A stretch of DNA of 64,000 bases from NCBI GenBank assembly GCA_051362555.1, contig CM120647.1, positions 18,514,651 through 18,578,650 of the forward strand. Direction: 5' to 3'. A program made the position numbers and the translations under genes. Each line of letters begins with the position of its first letter. Position 1 is the first letter of the stretch. Origin of the DNA: Lingula anatina (taxonomy: Eukaryota > Animalia > Brachiopoda). The notes under the pieces are model-generated. The model made no database searches, had not been told where the DNA came from, and saw only the letters and a program-made list of their open reading frames with translations. Shown in pieces: positions 37,983-51,030 of this stretch.

Positions 37983-38313
37983 TTGTGGTTTTAACTTAAA
38001 TTGAGGCTTTGAAGTCTTTAAAGAGATAATTTTTATTATGGAGAAATAAATAATACGGCGTTGTCCAAAACAAGATGACAGTGAAAGATAAAGCTGAAAA
38101 TATGGGCACGTCCGTATTTGTTTATTACTTCCGCCCGACAATAAAGTTGTTTATTAGCTGAATAAGTTTAAATGTTTGGCGTTGAATACGCATATATATT
38201 ATAACTGGCAAAAATTTTAAGAGTACTTAAAAGTTACGTTCAACGGCACATTGCATCAAGCTCAAATGTTTATGTACATGTACTTAAAAGATGTTTTCCA
38301 CTACTTAGTGTTT

Positions 38314-38596
38314 GATCGCATTCACAAGGAGTTGAGCCAGGCTTTACAAATCCTGGGGACTAAATATGGCGGACGTACATGAAAGAAAAACCGCCTAATC
38401 TTTTAATAGTCTCTCCGCCTCTCACACGCCTCCCCATGTGTCGTCCCAATGGAGCCGAGATTTAATGACTGTCCCCCGCAGGAACGACGTGTGAGGAGGC
38501 GTGTGAGAGGCGGAGAGATTAGGCGGTTTTTCTTTCATGTACATATTTAGTCCCCAGGATTTGTAAAGCCTGGCTCAACTCGTTGTGAATGCGATC
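38314..38596. repeat. Long near-perfect inverted repeat (fold-back element)
   Basis: About 100-bp arms GATCGCATTCACAAGGAGTTGAGCCAGG...CACACGCCTCC and their reverse complement, with two bulges (7 and 11 nt) on the left arm. Confidence 0.9.
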
Positions 38597-39203
38597 TTTG
38601 ATAAATGTGTTTAGTCCAAAGAGCTACGTAATCTGTCATTTAACAAAGCTCAGACCAACTCAGTTTTTTTAATATTTATTTTCAAAAACATAAGAGAAAT
38701 GGTCTGAGCCTTTCTCAAAGCATGCATGTGAGGGCTTTCGTGCTTTATGTGGAGGGGAGTCAGCAATGTTCAAGCATTGTGATGAAATACGCTGCATTGC
38801 GGTAGCTGTGCCCTGGTACGTAAAGTCCCTCTTGTTTTAAAGAGCCATCTAGTAGCTACACGTCAAGTTATATCACTTCATGATGAAGAAAGAACAGCGA
38901 CAGATAAGAATGCATTGATGTTTTGTAATGTTTGCATTCACTAACGCCAAAGTCATAAGAAAAATAAGGGAATCAACGGATGACAAGAACAAAAGCAAAC
39001 AAATAAACAAAAAATTGATTTACTATTGCAGAAGCAACAACAACAACAACAACAATAATAATAAACACAATAATCATTATTTTTAACTATTATAAAAATA
39101 AATTCATAAATGAACGTATTAAAATATATCACTAAGATGAATATAAAAAATCAAACACCCACGAAACCACCACTACATTAACTTATTATTTAAAAGCCAT
39201 TAA

Positions 39204-39536
39204 AGAGATAATAACTCTTCGTTTCGGCGAAAAAATGAATTTTCCTGGAGTAAACCACAATTATCCCATACTTACCAATGGTTAATGAATACATCTTTAC
39301 AATCAGAGTTAGTCCCTGTTTTTTTTCTAAAAAGTTTGGTTTTTTGTTTTAACTTAAGAGATTTAAACAGAGTACAGCTATCAATGGAGGTCACGTGATC
39401 TAAAGACAAGCTCAGATATCAGAATAATAGCTATAACTGCCGTTTTTGTGGTAAAACAGAATATATTATATTTCTATGAGTTATTCACAATGTTTTTATT
39501 GTGAAATATAGATCTCATACGAAGAGTTATTATCCC
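39204..39536. mobile_element. Kolobok-like MITE
   Basis: TTAA|AGAGATAATAACTCTTCGT ... ACGAAGAGTTATTATCCC|TTAA; fragments of the same sequence at 17598 and about 53150-53260. Confidence 0.7.
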
Positions 39537-41294
39537 TTAAAGTTTTCCAGGCTTTGGATTAAATATGGTTCTTGATTACTGTCATTGCCCGTAACAGCCT
39601 GCACGGTCGTTTTTTATTTTAAATCAGAAGGAAAAAAAAGACAGGGCACAATAATTGTAGGGTATAATGATTTTGATAAGTTTCAACTAATTTTGATTAA
39701 AATTACTTTAATTAATAAATTGACAATTTCCAATTAAAAAAAGGCAGGCTCATAAAGGCCATAGTAGATAAGTACATGTAATCTTGGCTTTTTACCGACA
39801 AAATGTAAACGTACACTGAATGTTTATATATCCCTCATCTTGTTACATGTGCATGTGTTAGATAAATCTCCAACCTAAATATCTCAATGTTGAACAAATT
39901 CGGATGATTCCGTACGTTCTCACGCGATTTACGGAAACGGTCGAAAGTAAACGTCCTGTAGTTAAGCATTTGCGTGGCCTACTTTTAGCATCCGCACCCT
40001 ATTTTAGTGTATATGAATGTCATAGCCAATGGTAGACATTTTTCCTCCTACATCTACTGGCACCGTTTCCAAAGCGGAACTCGGAGACGTTTTATTTACT
40101 GAGACAAAGATAAAAAATCATACAGAGGATGTCTACTGGATTGCATCTTGAGACGGTAAACAAGTATGATACGTAAGGCGGACGCCCATTTAAATTCTCC
40201 TCACCTTAACCGTTATATGACCCCTCTTATATATCTTGAATCGTATATAAGTCTAAATGACTTGGATTTATGACAGCAAGGGATTGCCGGGATCTAGGCA
40301 ACAGAGTTTGTGGCACAGTGAAAGTTGAAGTGTTTAACGAGGACAACAGTTCGAATCTCCCATGCCAAAGTGAAACTTCAACCAGTGACAGACGACGAAA
40401 ATGGCCGTGTAGAGTTTTAACTGTTAAAACAGCTAGGCATATTTGAGAAAAAGACAGTCAAGCACGTTGGACAGAGTATCAATTTTATTCATCTCCCATC
40501 AACATTCCAGTGGTTGCATCTTAAAGTTGTAAGTGCTGATATTGCCTACCCCAAGCCAAGGATAGGATATCAGTCATTGCCTTATAAAGTTATATTTTAT
40601 AGGGTAAGTGTATGATACATGTACAGGTACTGGCAGGTTTTGAAACGAAGGGTGAATAATGGAGGCAGCCAGTGATTATTGTCATTGTAAAGTAACCCAT
40701 AATCTCCGCGACGTAGTAAAGGTTACACTGGCTGCGCCAGGATGCCAGCACGCACTTCTTTTGTGCAGCTGCTTTATACAATACATATAAAGACTGGAAA
40801 ATAATGGGAAATTCCCGAAGAATTAGGGCGTCTTTCCGGTAGGCCTAAACATTTTAGAAACGAACTCCTCGCTTTTCTCGGCTCGGCTAGAGAAATCTGG
40901 GGTTATCTTCTTAATGAATTATGAAGTAAATTGATCACTTAATTGATTCAGTAGATAATTGATTACGTTTGAAATATGTTTATTTACTCGTTCATTTTTT
41001 AATATTATATCCATTTTGCTCAATGCCGAAAGCCATTTTACCCCTTACATTACTTCAAACACTGTACCACTTCTACTACTGCCACTACGTGTGTACTACA
41101 TGTAGGCCCTACTACTACCACTAATTAATTGTCAATTTCTTTCTTCCAGAATTGATGCAGATCCTTACATGAATGATTTGAAAAATGATCGAATCTATAA
41201 CATGTATGACACTTTAGTGTAAAACTGCCTCCTTCAAACTACTGTGCAAGACCCAGACTTTCAAGTAGAGAGAAAAAGAGAAACTGTGACTAAA

Positions 41295-43127
41295 ATGGAT
41301 CCCAAGCAACAAGTGTCTTTCCTTTGGAACCTCCAGGAGCCTTATAAGCCTTCTAAGGCGGACTTAGAGGTAGCAGAGCAATGGACAGAACTTGACTGGT
41401 CCTATTTAGACTTGCAGATCCTTCCCATGACGATGCCTTTGTGCACGAGGCTGAAGGTCTTCGACATAAGCGGTAATAATCTGGAGAGCCTACACGCGGT
41501 TGCCTTTAAGTTGAAAACTTTGGAAGATTTAGATCTGAGCGCCAATAAAATTACCGAGGTTCACAGCTCTTTAAGCATGCTCACCGGTCTGAAAGAGTTG
41601 AATCTCTCCAGTAATTATCTAACAGCGTTTCCCGTGTCAATCTGTGAGCTAGTCAATATGGAAGTGCTATACCTGAGCCATAACAAGATCAAAGAAATCC
41701 CGGGTGAAATCAGCAGTTTAGTCAAACTGAAAACATTCTACATCAATTCTAACAGTCTTACACATCTTCCATTTGAACTGGAAGAAATTTCGAGTCTACG
41801 CTTTATTAATGCCAAAAACAACCCCCTTATACAGCCACCGACCGCCGTCTGTGATTCCGGAAGTGACGCAATTCTGCGCTATCTTCGCAACGCACGTGAA
41901 AAGGCGGTGAGAGCATGTCGTCTGCAGCTCAACATCCTAGGAGAGGTTTGCGCGGGAAAAAGCAGTCTCGTTAAATCACTAACAACCGAGAAACCCCACC
42001 TCACAGCAGAAGAGGACCGAACTTGCGTCCTAGACCAACTTTTATGGGAAGAAGAAGATGTGACGTTTAATATTAATGATTTCGGTGGCCACGAGATCTA
42101 CAGGGTTGTTCATAATTTCTTCCTTGCCAAAGATGGGTTGACGTTATTAGTTTTTAACATCGCGCTGTACGAAACGAGCAATTTCCACGCACTTATTGGA
42201 CAGTGGATCGAAACGCTCTGCATGCGCGTTCCAGAGGCAATGATTGCCCTTGTTGGCACGCATATTGACGAATGCGGCCGTGAGGTAAAAAAAAAAGGCA
42301 ATAATATTTTGTTCCTATAGTAAAAGTCACAGAAAGAGAAATGTTTCGGATTAAAACAAAGGTGATATAATGGTGCTTTCTATCTTTTTTATTGTCATTC
42401 AAATTTGGCTCTGCAAAAATCGCCAATAATTGCATTATTGCACAGCTAATTTTGGACAGATCGTGAAATTTTCTAACTGTTACGGTTTTGATAAGGTGTT
42501 ATAATTGTTATAATTACAGGTAGCAGAGAGTAAAAGCCAGGACGTACTGGAACGTGCAGACAAGTTTATTCAGGAAAAGACGGGAGAAAGGAACACGAAG
42601 GAGAAGATACCGATTGTGGTTCAAAAAACCTTTCCAGATGCAATTACTGAAAAAGAAACCAAAAGAAGGAGGCAGTTTGGTGTATACTTGGTTGATCAGA
42701 TATTTTTAGTTAGTTCTAAAAATCTTGAAGGATTCGACCAGTTGAAAGAAAAACTTATCCAGGTTGCTAAAACCAAAGCTCTTATCTTACCGCAGTCCTG
42801 GCTTGCCGTCTCGAAGTTCGTTCAGAAAGCCAAATCTGAACGTACTGACTGTAACTGCTTGTCGGTGCAGGAACTCTCTCGCGAATATTCGTCCATAATC
42901 CGAAATTCATCAGAAAAGGTAAAGAAAGCTGGCGCTTCTCGTAGAGAAAACCAAGAGAAAGTGGGACGGTCTAAAACTACAAAAGACATTAAACAGAAAA
43001 AGCCAAGTTTCTTTTCACACACCCTCCAAAAACTACAGAGAGCGTTTTCGCCGAGGCAAGCAAAAACGGCACAAGCCTCCTCAAAGAGCACTACTGAAAA
43101 TCAAGGTAAGGCAGAAATAAGAACGCA

Positions 43128-43179
<52 letters not shown>

Positions 43180-45382
43180 AAGAAACTGAGGTCCGTATAA
43201 CAGAAATTCCACCCTTCATGAATTCGTGCAGGTTAAGGTTAACTTGTCGTGTATGGGTCAAAATCTAGGGTTAGGTTTTTCTGTACAAATCAATGAAAAC
43301 CGAACCGTCTATCACAACTCTCTCATGTGTGATACTGGGTATCTCACACGAGAGGCCAACCCGGAACATTGGTTTTATGTTTAAGGCCAAATATTCAGGG
43401 TACATTGTTCTACTTAAATCAAAATGCTTTATACTGTGTAAACAATTTCCACCGACGAATTTGTATATTTACATTTAAACTTTCATTATTTTAAAAATCT
43501 GTTATAGCAATTCGCTTTAGACATACTACCCAGTGCACGTAGCCTAGGTAGGAATAAATACACGATGATCAGTTCATCATTTTCTTCAGATGAGCCTTCT
43601 GACGAGACAGAGGCAGAAGACATCCAACTGCAGATGATTCTGGACACCCTTCATTTCCTACGTAAGACCGGCGAGGTATTATGGTTTCCAGAAAATTCCT
43701 TCCTTCTGAACATTGTGTTCCACAACCAGGACGGCGTGATAGACCTCCTGAAGGCCGTGTTCCGCCACGACATGGAGAATGAACTGCAGTACGACAAGGC
43801 GCCTTTCAGAACGGAATACACCCATCCTCGTTTTATCAGCGAGCGCGAAGACCTTCTCAAGCGCGGGATTCTCTCTCGGAAGATGATCGCCTGCCTGTGG
43901 GAGAAATTTGGCCTCAAGAACGCCGAGATCGATGCCATGATTGAATTAATGCTGAAGTTTGATTTATGCTATGACGTTTCCGTCCAAGAAACAGAGGAAG
44001 AAGTGGACTCCACGCGTGCCTCTCATTTCCATATCCCGTGGTTGCTACGGGAGACCAGACCAGATGACGTCATGCTTCAGTGGCCCGCTTCAATTCCGTC
44101 CGACCACGTGCAACTAACGCTGGAATACCACTTCCCAAACAGCTGCCCCATTGGTCTTTACGAAATGGCCGCTGTACGTCTCCACCGGTACCTTGGCCCA
44201 TTCAAGACGACCCGCATTGACTGGACGGACGGCGTCGTGGCTCAAGTGGAACAGGGCTTCTTAAATATGGAGAGAAGAGAGACTGCCACCGGCGGTTTAA
44301 TAATGGTCGCGATAAGAGGAAGGAACGTGAGCGACTTGTGGCCTCACACTGTGAAACTCCATGACGAGATGGTAGAGATTTTGGAACAGGAGTGCCCTGG
44401 TTCTAGGTGGGAGGCGTTTTCTGTAATCGCACTTTCCGGCGTGGCGTAATTTTTGAGTGCTAGGCCTTCTTATTCCATTTTGGGATCTCGGTGTGTTTTA
44501 ATTCAACCTTTGCATTGAAACATATCCAAGATACTTTTCGTATTATTCTGAAAGTAAACCTTAGTCATCGTGCGTGATAAATTATGTTTGTCGAAATCCT
44601 TTTTTGACATATTTTTGTCCAATCAACTTATTCAGTAAACGAAGATCAAATGAAAAATATTTTTTTACCTCTGACTGTCACTTTTCATCTGCAGTATCTT
44701 AATATTATATTTCTAACAAGCATCCGTAATTATGTGCTTTTACATATATTATCTTATTTAGGTGTGATGCCTATTTGGTGTGTCCACACTGTGTAGCGGC
44801 TGGGTTTCAAGATCCCACACTATTTCCAGCGGAAGTCCTTACTAGCCCCCCGCCAATGACTCTCTCAGTGGTGCCATGTCTCCGTTCAGCCAATGGCAAA
44901 GTTCCTGCATATTTAGTTTATCCTAATGCTCAGGGTATGTCGTCATAAAGGAAGGTTTACATACAAGTTGGATGGCCCTTCTCTTCCATTCTCTGTAGGC
45001 TCTCAGCTGATATAAGCAAGCTAATCATAGATTTTTTATTCCGTTAAGTTTTTCGAGTGAATTGGTTAGTAGATGGCACGGTGGTCGATATAGAAGACAT
45101 ATTTCATTTGGTTCCTTAGCTCGCCCTTTGAAAGGCAACGTCAGACTGAGATGGGCTGCTCCAACTTGTATGGAATGGCTCCTTACGCTTCCCATCCAGA
45201 ATTATACCTTGTTCAGATCAGATTTGAACGAATGCAATTTTAAATTTAGATGTGTCCGCCTTAATTCTCTGCGCTCTCAACATCCACTGCACTGCGCATC
45301 AATCCAGCCAAGAAAGTCTTCACTACTTTTCTCATAGATTTTTTATTCCGTTAATAAAACTCCCCTCTCTCTCACTCACTCA

Positions 45383-45423
<41 letters not shown>

Positions 45424-45774
45424 TTACCAGTAGTGAGATCTTCACATATTTCATTTCTTTATATATTTCCAGACCAAGGTATCATGACGGCCGATCATCG
45501 GCGAGCTCTGAGGGCCCATCGCGTTCGACTCGTGGAAGACATCTCTAGCCCGTCAGCGCTGGATATCTTGAATCGCTTGTACGCAGCCGCCATTATTACG
45601 GAGAGGGAAATGGTCACAATGCGATCGGCAGACTTGAAATACGACATGGTGGAGGTGCTTTTGGATATTCTTCCGGGAAAGGGTGACCGCGCATTTGGGG
45701 AATTTGTTACTGGTTTGGAGTGCTGTGGCTATGGGGACATTGCCAGGCTATTGAAATACCAGTTTAAGTTTTGA
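41295..45774 (+). CDS. MFHAS1-like Roco protein (LRR-ROC-COR) with C-terminal CARD, ~955 aa
   Basis: Exons 41295-42284, 42520-43105, 43590-44406, 44762-44934 and 45473-45774; all GT-AG, phases 0,1,2,1 join in frame. About 6 LRRs; P-loop GEVCAGKSS, DFGG, VGTHID; COR LPQSW...LHFLRKTGEVLWF; MFHAS1-like CPHC...FPAEVL...LVYP; CARD-like HRRALRAHRVRLVEDI...LLDILPGKGDRAFGEFVTGL. Confidence 0.9.
43131..43178 (+). repeat. G48 homopolymer in the Roco gene intron
   Basis: 48 consecutive G starting 25 nt into the intron after exon 42520-43105. Confidence 0.9.
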
Positions 45775-47080
45775 ATGGTATCTACTGGAACAGATGTGTA
45801 ATGGGCTGTAAAACCCTGAGTTAAAGGGGTAACTTGGAACACACTTTTGTTAATATCGGAATATTGCTACTTCCATTTCCTGGTAGTAGACTAATCTTTG
45901 AGACTCAGGGTGCAGGCTGCGAACTTCATCATGCAACTCTGCTGTGAGCATATCTCGTTGAGATAGAGTGATGATCGTCGTGAGGTGGGACTTACCTATT
46001 AACAAAAATAAAAAAGTGTAAATATATGCGGTAGGGATGTCGTCTTAGAAAGGTATATAGCAGCCGTTAAATTTTTCTGTTGTGCATAAGAATAATTCTG
46101 CCGAACTTAAAAGAAAACAGCTAGAAATATATCGGTGGATAAATAGTCACAGCTTTTATTCCCTGTCGAAGCGCATTTGCTAGCCTGCTATTATTTTTGA
46201 TGCCACTCTCGTCGAAACCCTGCGAAATCTCGCTTGATATACTATACGCTAATTATCAAAACTTTGTCGCTATCTCGGATTATTCCCATATTTGTATGGT
46301 GTGAGATGTCGTATTGAAAATTTTGAAATACTGTTAATGGTTTCAAAAATGAAGACCTGTATTTAGTTCTAAATAATTATTCGGTCAAATAGGTTTGTCA
46401 TTGGATTATGTGCTAAAAAAGGGATCCAAGCAAGACTGTACACTGAGAAAAATGTTTTGGACAACAGCTGAAGCTACGCAATACATGCAAGCAGGTTATT
46501 TCCGAAGGGCACGGAGAAGGCTTGGAAGAACGCTTTTTAAATTTCAGATATTTTATCGACAGCTCATATTAATTGTCTTGCGCTTAATTAATAAGCTAAT
46601 AGGGTTTTTTTTGTTTAACTACTGGACCTTTTCGTAAAACGTAAACACATACAGGGGAAACGTTTGAGACCTCCGAAGGATTGGAAGAAGGCTTGGTCGA
46701 GCCTTTCATAAATATCGAAAAAATATCTTTCAACAATTTCTAGGGGGGGGGGGGGGGGGGGGGTGCGTCCACCCCTGCAACCTACAGTCTTGGGTTGTTG
46801 TGAGCATTTTTTTACAGTAAAGACATATCTCGCGTTAGCTTATTTGTTAATTTTAAGAGCAAATTCGAGACCAACTTCAATTGAATGAATATAAATGTAA
46901 TAGTAAGAAAAGTTTCAAAATAGGCCGGCAGAATAAAATAAAATTTATAATCTTGCTCAAACATTGTTTTAAAGATTTCGTCTTTTAGTTTATAATTTTA
47001 GTTACTTTTAAATATCCGGTTGATTTTACTTATGATAAATAGTAAAACTTCAACCTTTGGGTTGCGATTCTAGCAAATAA

Positions 47081-47131
<51 letters not shown>

Positions 47132-47534
47132 GCCTTCCAGTCCTAAATGCATTTTTAGTGCTGTACCTTATTGTGGCGCAACTAACACATCTGCATTAAT
47201 GTGCTCAGAAATATATAAAGAAGATGTGGGCCAACCCTAAGTGATTTAAGGTCCTGCTTCATGAAGACCTTTTTTTTTAAGGGGTAGACTAAGTCCTTAA
47301 TCCGACATTATTATTTCATTTTAATTTTAATTTTTGAACACGCGCAGCAGTGGTACACGTACTCGACTCTCTCTCTAAAACCCTCTTCTCCGGCACTAGC
47401 CGCATTCACGACTTGATAGTATACTAGCATAATGTGCATTTAATAATTAACTTAAAAGATTTTGAACACCTTGCCTCGTAATAATCAATATGACGGATAT
47501 AAGTCAACGCAAACACGCTGTTTGTCATCTAAAA

Positions 47535-47710
47535 ATAACCAATAGGTTTTGCCCTCCAGAAAGCATTTCATGATTGGTCAGATTGTCGGCTGATATAGAA
47601 CTAGGTCACTCGTCGGCCATCATAGAAATTAGCATCACAAACAGAAACCTGCGTTGGAAATATTGAGAAGAAGAAATCGTTTAAAGATATCAGCGACTCA
47701 ATAGGTAAGC
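47535..47710 (+). promoter_or_regulatory. Candidate promoter and non-coding first exon of a downstream gene
   Basis: CCAAT (about 47539) and ATTGG (about 47573) boxes, CpG-containing, strong donor TAG|gtaagc at 47704/47705, followed by CpG-poor DNA. Confidence 0.35.
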
Positions 47711-48660
47711 GAGAGCTTATTTTTTGTTGTTTATGAATAAAATTAGAGTTAAGTTCATTGTTAAATTGATGAGGTTAGGCGTGGAGAGTCATTTTTTTAA
47801 GTCTTCATGAGTGACCTGACGATCTGTCAAGAGTGAGGTCAAATTAACTTGAGAGTTGACTTGCCTACAGTTTATAAGTGAATTGGCCCTTCCGAAGATA
47901 CATGACAAAATAGTTAGCTTAAACTCACTGTTGAGAGTTGATTACGATATCTAGCTTCGTTGTTATATGAAATGTATTTAGCATCAGTTTAAAACTGTCG
48001 AGGTTGAGATCGAATTGTGGAAACTGGACTTGACTCACAAGTATATCAATTTCCACATTATTCAGTCTGCGGTTTATTATGTGGTACTCGAGGCCTTGCC
48101 TAAATTTAGCAGCGAAAAAGTACACTTAAGTGTTCGTAAAATGTGTAAGTTTGTTGACTAGTTTTTCTAAATCGGTATTTCTCGGATCTTGTGACATCTT
48201 CCGGTTGTGAAATATCACAAGATGCTTATTACTCATCATAATCATATCATGTCCAGGATGCTGTTATAAATATGGCAATTTTCAGTGATCAGGCATGTTA
48301 AATAATTGAAATAGTAGGTGTGAATTTTCTTGAAGAAGGCGGGTGTATTCCTTGAATACTGCTTAAAGTATTTGCAGTAAAAAAACTGTCAGCAGCAATA
48401 TGACACAAACAATCACCAAAAAGTTTATTAGTTTATCAGTCATGGGTAAAACTTTCTTAAATGTGTAGGTGTTTAAAGATAAAAAGGTTTATTGGTCAGC
48501 ACAGTTGAAATGGAGTCTTGATTTTGTTTGTAGAAATTATTACAAACAAACTAAAAACAAATGATGTAGCTGAAAATTGATTTCCATTTTAAGGCTCTCT
48601 AGACTACTGTCTGAGTGCAGTATGTGCTACAATTAAACAAATGAATAAAATTAAGTAAAT

Positions 48661-48698
<38 letters not shown>

Positions 48699-50364
48699 TA
48701 TACATTGACTAATCGGGTATGCAGAACAAAATTGTATCTTAGATATTTGTATTGACTTCACCTGTATTTCTGTGGACGTCTGTCAGTTGTGATAAATGGC
48801 TTTTCCGAGTTGTTGTCTTTAATATCAGGTCACAGGTGATATATTAAATTGTCATGACAGGTGCACAATGTGACACAGTTGCAAATGTGACACAGGTGTG
48901 AATGCAACATATTGCAATATTATATTGTAACATTTATTTGGCTTGGGTACAAATTTAACAGAGGCTGTGATCCCACAGTAGAATGTAAACAGCAGTGTAA
49001 ACTGAAATTGACTCAAGTCATGATTGTTGTTGTTTACTTATTGGCTGCAGGAAAAAAATTATTTTACACCATACAATTTGCTTTGTAGTCCCCGCCCCCT
49101 GTATGAGTTCAAAAATTTATTATGGTCTTGTGCATTTACCATAAATTTATCATCACAACTGCAACATACATTTTTTAATTTTTATGTACAGACACAGATG
49201 TGTCTGTACATATTGCCATCACCTGCGTCTGTCGTCGCCGATGCCGATGCCGTCGCCGATGCCGTGCACTTTCCTTGTAAACACGATAAGTGGAGGACAG
49301 TTTTACTTTTTGGCTTTATATTTACAGAGCTGATGAATATTCATAAAACGCAGGTCAAGTTCGAAAATCAGCATGATCGGGCCATTTTTAGGGAAGTTAT
49401 GCTGTTTTTATGTACAGACACAGATGTGTCTGTACATATAGCCATCATCTGCGTCTGTCGTCGCCGTCGTCGCCGTCGTCGCCGTCCTTGCCGTCGTGCA
49501 CTTTTACCGATAACACGATAAGTGGAAAACTGTTTTTTATTTCAGCTTGAAACTTACAGAATTGATGAATATTCATAATACGCAGGTCAAGTTCGAAAAT
49601 CAGCATGATCGGGTGACTTGTAGGGAAGTTATGCCATTTTTTCACTTTTTTCAGCATATATGCAGCACCGATAACACGATAAGTGGAAAACCATTTTACT
49701 TTTTGGCCTGAAACTTACAAAACTGATGAATATTCATAATCCGCAGGTCAAGTTCGAAAATCAGCATGATGGGGCCATTTTTAGGGGAGTTATGCTATTT
49801 TTTCACTTTTTTCAACATATATGCAGCACTGATAACACAATATAAGAAAAACAGATAGGCCAATTGTCATTATACTTACAGGAGTGGTCAATCTTACTAA
49901 AACGCAGGTTGAGTTCCAAAATCAGCATAATCAGGCCATTATTTTAGAAGTTATGCTGTTTTTTCACATTTCCTCAGATTCAATTGTTAGGCATGTTAAC
50001 AGTGTCATTATTAAACTAATAAGATACGTAAAAGTGTTTGTTTGACATTTCCTGCATCTTTATGACATTGTTAGTTGATTATGTAAAAATGATGGTAAAC
50101 TTGATATCGTGTATTGTGTAATAAAGTGTCAAAAATGGAAATAACTCATATCATTGCAGTTTGTCAGATTCAATCATCTACTATCTTCAGAATCTTAGAA
50201 TGGAGGAAATTGGACATTTAACACTGTTCTATTGATATTTTTCCCATCTCATCAATTTTCTTAGTTGGTCATATACAAATGGTAGTAAACTGTTTATTTT
50301 GTTTTATGTTAAAAAAGTGTTTTAAAAATGGAAGAAAACCCATTGCAGAACAGTGCTGTCATGT

Positions 50365-51030
50365 TTCAGCATATATGCAGCACCGATAACACGATAAGTG
50401 GAAAACCATTTTACCTTTTGCCTTGAAACTTACAGAACTGCTGAATATTCATAATAGGCAGGTCAAGTTCGAAAATCAGCATGATGGGGTCATTTTTAGG
50501 GAAGTTATGCTGTTTTTCACTTTTTTCAGCATATATGCAACACTGATAACATAAGTTAAAATTCATTTTACCTTTTGGCTTGAAACTTGCAGAACTAATG
50601 AATATTCATATTACGCAGGTCAAGTTCGAAAAGCAGCATGATCAGGTCATTTTCAGGGTAGTTATGCTGTTTTTTTCACTTTTTTCAGCATATATGCAGC
50701 ACCGATAACATGATAAGTGGAAAACCATTTTACCTTTTAGTTTCAAACTTACAGAACTGATGAATATTCATAATACGCAGGTCAAGTTTGAAAATCAGCA
50801 TGATCGGGTCATTTTTAGGGAAGTTATGCTGTTTTTCACTTTTTTCAGCATATATGCAACACTGATAACATGATAAGTGGAAAACCATTTTACCTTTTGG
50901 CTTGAAACTTGCAGAACAAATGTATATTTATAATACGCAGGTCAAGTTTGAAAATCAGCATGTTCGGGTCATTTTTAGGGAAGTAATGCTGTTTTTTCAC
51001 TTTTTTCAGCATGTATGCAACACCTATAAC
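50365..51030. repeat. 161-bp tandem repeats (also 49500-49830 and 54024-54540)
   Basis: Unit ...ACACGATAAGTGGAAAACCATTTTACCTTTTGGCTTGAAACTTACAGAACTGATGAATATTCATAATACGCAGGTCAAGTTCGAAAATCAGCATGATCGGG... Confidence 0.95.

Noticed and set aside
43106-43200. Poly-Gly tail in ORF 42616-43200
   Set aside because: Lies beyond the CAAG|gtaagg donor; it is an intronic G run.
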